Virus record (IMG/VR): IMGVR_UViG_3300031673_000014
Span: 1-64,000 of that record
Length of the DNA stretch: 64,000 bases
Source: a virus
Direction: 5' to 3' (one strand)
Part shown: positions 57,409 through 64,000 of the stretch, one piece after another
Numbering within the stretch: the stretch's first letter is position 1
Layout of the letters: the number at the start of each line of letters is the position of its first letter
Translations under genes and position numbers: made by a program
Notes under the pieces: generated by a model
The model's database searches: none
What the model was told of the DNA's origin: nothing
Seen by the model: only the letters and a program-made list of their open reading frames with translations

Positions 57409-57630
57409 ATGCAACCAGAATCAGTAAATATGTTTTTTCGCGAAGTAAAAGATGAATTGAGGATAAGAAAATTAAAACAAGGGGCTTTTGCTGAAAAAAT
57501 TGGATTGTCCCCGACTTCTATGAGCTGTTACATGAAAAGGAAAAAGACTCCTTCACTTAAAACTCTTGAGGACATTGCTGAGGGCTTAGGAATGAATGTT
57601 ATAGTTTGTTTGGGGGATAAGGATGATTGA
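57409..57630 (+). CDS. XRE-family HTH protein
   Basis: LKQGAFAEKIGLS..PSLKTLEDIAEGLG. Confidence 0.85.
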   Translation: MQPESVNMFFREVKDELRIRKLKQGAFAEKIGLSPTSMSCYMKRKKTPSLKTLEDIAEGLGMNVIVCLGDKDD

Positions 57631-57931
57631 TTTTTTAAATGATGCTGAGTGTAAGATTATATGGGATGCCTGGATGAAATGGCACAGTGTTGAAGGTTCA
57701 AGCTTTGATGCTTTATGGTTTGGATATTCTGATTTGTCGGACCAGACCAGAATTGATGTAAAAAAACTTAAGAAGTTTATAAAAGTACTGAGAGATGGAA
57801 ATATTGCTTATTCATCTTCTTTGTGGAGTGAAGAGGGAATGTTGAGAGGCAAAGGCAATTTTATCCATGATAAGTATCTGTATAAGCCCTGGGATGAAAT
57901 AAAAATAATTCTTGATAAGGATAAAATATGA
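57623..57931 (+). CDS. Hypothetical (winged-helix-like) protein
   Basis: Translationally coupled ORF. Confidence 0.45.
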   Translation: MIDFLNDAECKIIWDAWMKWHSVEGSSFDALWFGYSDLSDQTRIDVKKLKKFIKVLRDGNIAYSSSLWSEEGMLRGKGNFIHDKYLYKPWDEIKIILDKDKI

Positions 57932-58152
57932 GTATTGTCATTCATAATAAAACCGGGAAATTTTATATTCTTATTAAATTATTTGCTATAGATTCCACAA
58001 ATGGGAAACATAGATATTTTTCTGTTTACAAGAGACCTTTCGGAAAGCATGTTTTTGTAAGAAGAACTCATGAGTTTTGTATGAAATTTACTCATTGGAA
58101 AGACTGGGACTTTAAAAACAGAAGAAGAAAAATAATTCTTGATAAAGATTGA
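57928..58152 (+). CDS. DUF1653-like small protein
   Basis: HNKTGKFY..VYK..VFVR...EF..KF. Confidence 0.55.
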   Translation: MSIVIHNKTGKFYILIKLFAIDSTNGKHRYFSVYKRPFGKHVFVRRTHEFCMKFTHWKDWDFKNRRRKIILDKD

Positions 58153-58320
58153 ATCATGGATTATAGTTGATTTATCAGTTTAGAACCTGACTATACGAAC
58201 AATAATCTAAATTAGATTATGAGACTGGTAATAGTTTTCAGAGGAATAATACAATATGGCCGTTGTTCGTGGTTTGTATCATTCGTTCTAACTCGGGAAA
58301 CTATTGCTGGTCTTTTTTTA
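58139..58320 (+). promoter_or_regulatory. Promoter plus two-site structured leader/attenuator
   Basis: TTGATA-N17-TATAGT; stem 58222-58313 plus T run; TTAGAAC/GTTCTAA and ACGAACAA/TTGTTCGT pairs. Confidence 0.7.
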
Positions 58321-58333
58321 TTTGGAGGATTTT

Positions 58334-59032
58334 ATGAACGATTTAATTAAGATTGAAAACAAGAACGGAATTGAGACCGTCAACGCAAGAGAACTTCACG
58401 AGTTTTTAGAGAGTAAACAGGATTTTTCTACATGGGTAAAAGGTAGAATTAAAAAGTATGATTTTTCTGCAAACATCGATTTTATTTGCTTCCATAAAAA
58501 AATGGAAGCCAACAATGCAACCATAATAGACTATCATATCTCACTTGATATGGCTAAAGAACTCTCCATGGTTGAAAATAACGAAAAGGGAAGAGAAGCC
58601 AGAAGATACTTTATTGAGTGTGAGAAAAAGGCTAAAGGCTTTGTTACTCAAAATATAAACAGTTCTGATGTAATTATACAACTGCTACAGCAAAACCAGA
58701 TAATCATGAAATCACTTATTGAAAGAGTTGATAAGGTAGAGAGTAATTCTTTTATTGTTTCTTCCGGGAAAAAGCAAAAATATAAACTTCCCCCGGCGAA
58801 ACAAATGGAATTCCAGAGTATTGGAGAAGATTATTACACAATAGCAGCTTACCAGAAGATCAGGAAAATTTCTCTTTACGATACGTCTTCACATGGGAAA
58901 ATTCTTACTGGAATATGCAATCGGGAAGGAATACAGATAAGTTCTGTTAAAAGCACTACTTTCGGGATAGTAAATTCTTATCCTGAATCAGTTCTTAAGA
59001 AATATTTTGATTCTATGGTGGTCGGGAAGTAA
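58334..59032 (+). CDS. AntA/AntB-family antirepressor
   Basis: VNARELHEFL..DFSTW..RI..Y.F..DY.ISLDMAKELSMVE..KGREARRYFIECE; ATG 58334 follows GGAGG. Confidence 0.9.
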   Translation: MNDLIKIENKNGIETVNARELHEFLESKQDFSTWVKGRIKKYDFSANIDFICFHKKMEANNATIIDYHISLDMAKELSMVENNEKGREARRYFIECEKKAKGFVTQNINSSDVIIQLLQQNQIIMKSLIERVDKVESNSFIVSSGKKQKYKLPPAKQMEFQSIGEDYYTIAAYQKIRKISLYDTSSHGKILTGICNREGIQISSVKSTTFGIVNSYPESVLKKYFDSMVVGK

Positions 59033-59105
59033 TGAAATATGTTTTATTTGCTTTAATAATTGTTCTTATTCTGGTTGTGTTCTGGTTAGTTTCGGGAGAT
59101 GGTAA

Positions 59106-59357
59106 ATGACTGTAGAAGATTTAATTGAACAGCTCAAGGTTTCACTTGAAATGGGAGTTATTGATAAAAACGATATTGTTTCTATAACTACAAATACTGG
59201 AAAAGGCTGGAATACGGAATTTGTTAGATCAATAACAGCTCCGACTATGAGATATCCAGCTCCTAAAGAACAGAGAGCAATACATCAAATATCTTTTGTA
59301 AAGTTTATAGAAATAGAAGACGAGAAAAACCAGATAAAAATGAATTTTTTAATTTGA
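59106..59357 (+). CDS. Hypothetical protein
   Basis: MTVEDLIEQL phage N-terminal motif. Confidence 0.55.
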   Translation: MTVEDLIEQLKVSLEMGVIDKNDIVSITTNTGKGWNTEFVRSITAPTMRYPAPKEQRAIHQISFVKFIEIEDEKNQIKMNFLI

Positions 59358-59382
59358 TTAATAACAGAATAAGAGTTATTAT
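59354..59382 (+). promoter_or_regulatory. Promoter for non-coding transcript
   Basis: TTGATT-N17-TATTAT. Confidence 0.6.
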
Positions 59383-59388
59383 TTTAAT

Positions 59389-59985
59389 ATCGGGGGATAT
59401 GAGAAAATTCCCCTTTAAATCTTTTCCGTATGGAGAAGAAAATTATACCTAATTAAAAGTATCTAAAAATTAGGTCCCGATTTTATAGCAATGTAGTAGT
59501 AGTGGTAGGATCGAAAAGGAGGGAACTACCTGTAGGTTAAAGTATCGATGAAAAGATTCTGCCGTGGAACTGTCAAAGGTTTTCGGCGGTAAATTAACGT
59601 AGATGGTTAAGGCTATCCGTTTATGTTATACTGAAATAAATGCAATTCGATTTTACAGGTCTTATTGTGTTTTAACGATCTTGCCCGTATGGGCTGATCT
59701 AAACAAGGGATAGTAACTGGTCCCGAAAACAATTGATTATATTTTCCCTCACACGAGGGGTTCTTCGGGGACGGTCAAGGGTCCCCGGAGATAAATACTT
59801 GTGTTAATGTTGATAGTGTTGCAAGTGCTAATGTTGATCAAGTAGAGACTGAAATCAGGCAGTCTTTAAAGAAATCTGTGATACCACGGGAGGTAAAAGA
59901 TAAATCCCTATACCAGCGGAAAAGCTGTGATTTCCTAAAAGTCCAGGTTGTTTGAGATATTTCAACTGTAAAAGAAATACTCGTC
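59389..59985 (+). ncRNA. Large structured ncRNA candidate
   Basis: No credible ORF; more than 10 hairpins and nested long-range stems with G-U pairs favouring the + strand. Confidence 0.6.
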
Positions 59986-59987
59986 AA

Positions 59988-60060
59988 TGGGAGCTGGTGA
60001 AATATGGGATCACGGCAATACAAGTTATGGCAATATGCGGTTCAAGTCCGTGGCTTCCAA
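59988..60060 (+). tRNA. tRNA-like element with non-canonical anticodon arm
   Basis: Acceptor TGGGAGC/GCTTCCA, D stem GTGA/TCAC, T arm TGCGG-TTCAAGT-CCGTG; anticodon loop ACAAGTT lacks U33; no CCA. Confidence 0.65.
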
Positions 60061-60158
60061 TTGCCTCGCATGAGGTAAAACATAAAAGAAATATTAAGAA
60101 GTGTTTTGAATTAGAACAAACAGGTTTCTGACGGTTTCTTATTATGTAATTCTCCTTA

Positions 60159-60203
60159 GCCGGATCGATGAAGAGGCACTTCGGTGATCCGGCGTTTTTA
60201 TTT
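60159..60203 (+). terminator. Terminator-like hairpin closing the RNA locus
   Basis: GCCGGATC...GATCCGGC followed by GTTTTTATTT. Confidence 0.65.
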
Positions 60204-60220
60204 CCAGAATCGGGGGATCT

Positions 60221-60715
60221 ATGGAATGTGAAAAATGTAACTATATGGACAAAACCTGTACCATAGAGAGTCTTTATGGCATAGATCAATTAAAGTCATG
60301 CCCTTTCTTGAATGAGCCAGTGCTGAACGAATACGGTTGGCTTATGAATCCGCCATTTACAGAGAAGTACCAATTATCTTCAGGTCATGTTTTTCTTATC
60401 CCGGAAAAGATAGATTCTAAATGGATTGTTCATTGGAGTTTATTTAAAGATGGGGCTGGAAGCTGCGGAAGATCAGAAATAGATTTATTTATCCTGGCAT
60501 ATAAAAAAGCAATAAAAGATTTATTGTCAACTTATAGGTTGACAGATATTGACCGGGAAGAAATACAATATATATCTGATAATAAATTTGATAACAGAAG
60601 ATCGTTTCTTCCGAGAGAAAACAAAATAGAAGAAATCCCCGAAAAAATTGAATACATAAGCCCGTTTTCGGATATGGAATTTGGGGAAATAGGAGATCAA
60701 CTAGAATTGTTTTAA
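60221..60715 (+). CDS. Hypothetical protein
   Basis: CEKC..C..CP N-terminus; ends QLELF. Confidence 0.55.
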   Translation: MECEKCNYMDKTCTIESLYGIDQLKSCPFLNEPVLNEYGWLMNPPFTEKYQLSSGHVFLIPEKIDSKWIVHWSLFKDGAGSCGRSEIDLFILAYKKAIKDLLSTYRLTDIDREEIQYISDNKFDNRRSFLPRENKIEEIPEKIEYISPFSDMEFGEIGDQLELF

Positions 60716-60757
60716 TTAGACTATTTACTATAATAAGGTATATTAAATTAAGGAGAC

Positions 60758-61189
60758 ATGAAGATGAAGAAAACAATTTACATTATTATTGATGGGTGTT
60801 ATTCAGACTGGTTTATACATGGATATTTTAATGATATAGAAAAAGCTGAAAAATATGTTGTTTGGTATAATGCCAATCATAATGGGTATGGTGATGAGGC
60901 ATACATTCAGGAACATGAACTACTTGAACCTGAAATAGATTACAATGCTATTAAAGTTCTTAGGAATCACAAGGTTGTTTTTGATAAGCGTGGCAACTCA
61001 TGGAACATGAGGAATGAACCTGATAGATATGATATATATACAGGAGTTAAAAAAAAGACTGTTTCTGGACTTTGGGCACATAAAAAACAGATATATCATG
61101 TTGAAGTAACAACACACGAAAGAAAAAAAGCTGAAAAAATAGCACAGGATTTGTTATACAAATGGCTTGCTGAATCTAATGGACTATAA
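60758..61189 (+). CDS. Hypothetical cassette protein
   Basis: G.YSDW.I.GYF...EKAEKY motif. Confidence 0.6.
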   Translation: MKMKKTIYIIIDGCYSDWFIHGYFNDIEKAEKYVVWYNANHNGYGDEAYIQEHELLEPEIDYNAIKVLRNHKVVFDKRGNSWNMRNEPDRYDIYTGVKKKTVSGLWAHKKQIYHVEVTTHERKKAEKIAQDLLYKWLAESNGL

Positions 61190-61238
61190 AAATAAGACTA
61201 TTTACTATAATAAGGTATATTAAATTAAGGAGACAATA

Positions 61239-61442
61239 ATGAAATATCCGTACATACATAGCACATCAAAATTAAGGAAACATAAAGGGTTATGCAAAAT
61301 ATGCTTAGAGCCAAAATCTGACACAAGGGTTGATGTTGCTTTTAATGTATTTAGAGGTGATGATAGTGTTTATACAGTACATAGAGATTGTTTGTATAAT
61401 ATTGGTAAAAAAGAATTTATTGAAAGATTATTTGTTAAATAA
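61239..61442 (+). CDS. Small Zn-binding-like cassette protein
   Basis: CKIC..HRDC. Confidence 0.55.
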   Translation: MKYPYIHSTSKLRKHKGLCKICLEPKSDTRVDVAFNVFRGDDSVYTVHRDCLYNIGKKEFIERLFVK

Positions 61443-61478
61443 AACAGCTACTATAATAAATAAAAGGAGACATACAAA

Positions 61479-61652
61479 ATAAGTAGAACTTACAAAGATA
61501 GACTTCCTAAAAAGTACAGGAAAGGATATTGCTGGCTTTCGGACTCATATAATAATAAAATTCTTAGGAGGCGCATTGAAAGAAGTGATATACAAAATGG
61601 TTCATCTTTTAAAAAACTAGCGAATAAATTAGATGAATATGCAGGAATGTAG
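61479..61652 (+). CDS. 57-aa basic cassette protein with ATA in the start position (not in track)
   Basis: AGGAGA-N8-ATA, then SRTYKDRLPKKYRKG..NNKILRRRI..NGSSFKK. Confidence 0.5.
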   Translation: MSRTYKDRLPKKYRKGYCWLSDSYNNKILRRRIERSDIQNGSSFKKLANKLDEYAGM

Positions 61653-61690
61653 GACAAGTCTATTTACTATAATAAATAAAAGGAGACAAT

Positions 61691-61927
61691 ATGATTTGTG
61701 ATAGAAATAGTGAAGACATAATTAAATGTCATGCTTACAATAATGGTGAGTGCATGAACAGTGTTACGTGCGGTGGAATTATGGCTACTTCTCCAATTAA
61801 AACCATTCATAACAGAGTTTTTTACAGTTCTATAATAGATCCAACGTTATATCATTGCGAACATTCTACTGCAAAAATAAGCAAATATCCCTACTGCCCT
61901 TTTTGTGGCGAGAAAATAGATAAATAA
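61691..61927 (+). CDS. Small Cys-rich cassette protein
   Basis: YCPFCGEKI. Confidence 0.6.
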   Translation: MICDRNSEDIIKCHAYNNGECMNSVTCGGIMATSPIKTIHNRVFYSSIIDPTLYHCEHSTAKISKYPYCPFCGEKIDK

Positions 61928-62322
61928 AAAACCCCGTCCGGTTAACAACACGAACGAGGTTTTAATCTTAAGAGTTATCCAACGTTTGTCTATTTCATAA
62001 TTCCCCCTATAAGATATTTTTTAAACCGATTACTAATCTACCGGATAACATCCGATTTATGTATAAAGTTAATCCCTTTAAATTGAGCTGTCAAGAACAA
62101 AAAATAAAAATAACCATTGATTAATACATGAAACGAGTATAAACTATGTACAAAAGACAAAAAGGGGTAAGAAGTGAATGTAAAGACAGAATGCTATGGA
62201 GAAGTTGAAAAACTACTCATAGCACACCAGAAGAAGTATTTCTCGCATATAAAATCTACAGGGGCGTACTTGGTTGAAATGGCAAGGCAAAGAGCCGAAA
62301 AAGACATGAAGGGAGAATAGAA

Positions 62323-62724
62323 ATGGAAGTGGAAATCTATAAATATGACAGCAAAGTAGAAATACCAAAATTTATGAATACTGGAAAAGAAAGGACTTCG
62401 ATCCAATTTGAATTAAAAACCGGAGGGACTATTCGTTTTGAGATAAATAATATTCTTCAAAAAGAAAACTTTCTTGTATCATCGACTAATGCAAGAGAAA
62501 AAAGGACAGAGCTTGCAACTAATAATTTTTTGCTGGTCAAAGAATCTTTGGGTAGGGAGTTCTGGGAGAAAAATAGATATTATTGTATAGCCGATAAAAA
62601 AATAAATGCAATACAAACGGAATCGGTTTTTAATAGCTATAAAGATGAAGCAATTTACAAAATTAAATCTCTTAACCTGTTTCAGAGAATATTTATGTGG
62701 AAGAAATACACAAAGGGGGAATAG
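62323..62724 (+). CDS. Hypothetical protein, partial paralog of 50869-51432
   Basis: C-terminus KSLNLFQRIFMWKK. Confidence 0.55.
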   Translation: MEVEIYKYDSKVEIPKFMNTGKERTSIQFELKTGGTIRFEINNILQKENFLVSSTNAREKRTELATNNFLLVKESLGREFWEKNRYYCIADKKINAIQTESVFNSYKDEAIYKIKSLNLFQRIFMWKKYTKGE

Positions 62725-63482
62725 TGAATCAGGACCAATTAAAAATAAAACTTGATAGTTTTACAGAACATAAAGACTTCCAGGTTATCTTCTCCGGGAA
62801 GCACAGTACTAAAGTTGATGGAATATATAATCCCGAAAAACATGAAATAATAATTCACAACAAAAACTTTAGCGAAGAAAACGGATTAATGTATACAGCG
62901 ATACACGAGCTGGCTCACCACATTGATTTTAAAGACAACCGGGAGAAAACTACCCGGAACGCACACGGGGGAGAGTTTAGAACAATATTCCATTTTTTAC
63001 TTGAAAAAGCTATTGAGTCCGGAGACTACAAAGAATTTGAAGATCCCTTTCTTGATCAGGTAGTCGCGATAAACAAAGAGCATACCGTTTTCTTGAAAAA
63101 GTTCGGAAAAGCTTTGATTGCATTACTGGAAAAATGCCAGCAATCATTCAATTTAAGCTATTTTGAAGACATTGTGGATCGTAAATTGTCTTTAAAATAC
63201 GGACAGGCAAAAGAGATTATGGCCGTTTATGCAATGGATATATCCGAAGAGATCGGCGGGGAGTTCTCGAAAAAGGTAGCAAAGATAAAAGATCCTGCTG
63301 AGAGAAGAGAAGCCGAAGAAAAAGGTGAAATTCCTGTAAAGATAAAAACTGTTCTTTCCGGTCCGGAAAGCGAACTAGCTGAAGCTGAAAAAGCTCTGAG
63401 AAGAATTGAGAAGGCAATAGAAAACCTGGAAAGGAAAAGACAGGTCTATTTAGATCAAATTGAGGGGTATGAACATGAGTGA
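62697..63482 (+). CDS. SprT-like zinc metalloprotease
   Basis: TAIHELAHH..HGGEF; C-terminal coiled coil. Confidence 0.8.
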   Translation: MEEIHKGGIVNQDQLKIKLDSFTEHKDFQVIFSGKHSTKVDGIYNPEKHEIIIHNKNFSEENGLMYTAIHELAHHIDFKDNREKTTRNAHGGEFRTIFHFLLEKAIESGDYKEFEDPFLDQVVAINKEHTVFLKKFGKALIALLEKCQQSFNLSYFEDIVDRKLSLKYGQAKEIMAVYAMDISEEIGGEFSKKVAKIKDPAERREAEEKGEIPVKIKTVLSGPESELAEAEKALRRIEKAIENLERKRQVYLDQIEGYEHE

Positions 63483-63617
63483 TCAAGAAAAAAAAGCCAG
63501 AGAATATCTTAAAAAAAGAGAAGAAAGACTGTCCCAGAAAACAGGTACAATATTTCAATATAGTGGATATGAAGAGAATTTGATAATTCAGTCTTACATT
63601 TCCGGAATGGAGGCCAA

Positions 63618-63875
63618 GTGAAAGATAATAGCTTGGAAGCAAAGACAGCAGCCGAAACAATAATGTCAATATGCACTGATTATCTCATGGGAGGGCAAAA
63701 TACAGAGTCTTTCAAAAGAAATATAAGAATGTATAGCAAGTTTCTAAACCATGGAAAACACGCAATATCAAGAATTGAAAACATTTTCATTGATGGGTGG
63801 GAAAATGATGATAGTGGAAATCATTATGACATGCTGAAAAGCATTTCTGAGATAATAAAAGAGGGCAAAAGTTAA
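63618..63875 (+). CDS. Hypothetical protein
   Basis: 85-aa ORF after GGAGG. Confidence 0.5.
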   Translation: MKDNSLEAKTAAETIMSICTDYLMGGQNTESFKRNIRMYSKFLNHGKHAISRIENIFIDGWENDDSGNHYDMLKSISEIIKEGKS

Positions 63876-64000
63876 AATGAAAGATCTAAAATATTACGAA
63901 GAAAAACAGAAAAATCTACTTGAAAACACAATTAAGCTGGATCTCTTGAGGGGACCAGTTCCTATAACAGTGGATTGCACGATTGAAACAGAAGAAGATC

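Larger units (their letters stand above)
60718..61688 (+). repeat. Four copies of a TACTATAATA...AGGAGACA promoter/RBS cassette
   Basis: 41-nt exact repeat at 60718-60758 and 61195-61235; related copies at about 61449 and 61660. Confidence 0.9.

Noticed and set aside
59470-59990. Canonical group I intron, RNase P RNA or tmRNA
   Set aside because: P7-like strands exist but there is no proper P8 or J8/7 and no interrupted gene; RNase P P4 consensus is incomplete; the tRNA-like part is contiguous with no tag ORF
59838-60289. Minus-strand ORFs 59838-60023 and 59984-60289
   Set aside because: No RBS, not protein-like, and antisense to the structured RNA and tRNA-like element
60718-61688. CRISPR or attC array
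   Set aside because: Intervals are whole genes of unequal length; repeats are promoter/RBS-like and not palindromic; no cas or integrase gene
61990-62015. Minus-strand minigene ATG-AAA-TAG behind a GGGGG RBS
   Set aside because: Too short to distinguish from a gene remnant or chance
3275-63669. Numerous short antisense or overlapping ORFs in the track (e.g. 13794, 14412, 29867, 39181, 45825, 63217)
   Set aside because: Shadows of long, well-supported genes on the other strand or frame
1-64000. Stop-codon reassignment
   Set aside because: Genes are full length and densely packed under code 11, and all three stop codons end genes

Overview
A 64-kb segment of an AT-rich tailed-phage (myovirus) genome with no host genes visible. 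Terminase, portal and integrase are not in the window, and the first gene is cut by the left edge. Layout: (1) 1-16.5 kb holds large putative capsid-packaged proteins carrying 'polyvalent-protein' domains (intein-split pyrophosphatase-like InPase, DdrB-type ParB, ParB plus HEXXH/LPD1-like). They are interleaved with a diderm-type lysis set (C39-like peptidase, holin candidates, two-component spanin), a membrane-anchored LuxR-type regulator and an island of small cassette genes. (2) 19-40 kb is a contractile-tail virion module: protease/scaffold, an SPO1/Herelleviridae-like capsid protein with K|S/A maturation motifs, neck, sheath, tube, chaperones, tape measure, baseplate and fibre. (3) 40-43.6 kb is a leftward block (degenerate transglutaminase-like gene, beta-barrel-like protein, SF2 helicase, antirepressor). 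(4) 43.7-64 kb holds early and replication genes: a single-chain SbcD-SbcC fusion, TetR, M23, NinB/NinG-like genes, two DNA methyltransferases, a replication initiator with internal iterons, several antirepressors and a SprT-like protease. The most notable signals are a ~600-nt densely structured non-coding transcript followed by a tRNA-like element with an aberrant anticodon arm (59.4-60.2 kb), a shared leader and C-terminal tag on the putative packaged proteins, an intein in the InPase active site, a family of co-varying two-site RNA leaders before the antirepressor genes, repeated promoter-RBS cassettes (two with ATA where ATG is expected), and strong regional CCGG enrichment. All calls come from reading motifs by eye; no searches or folding programs were run. 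The spanins imply a diderm host; a spirochaete host is only a weak impression.
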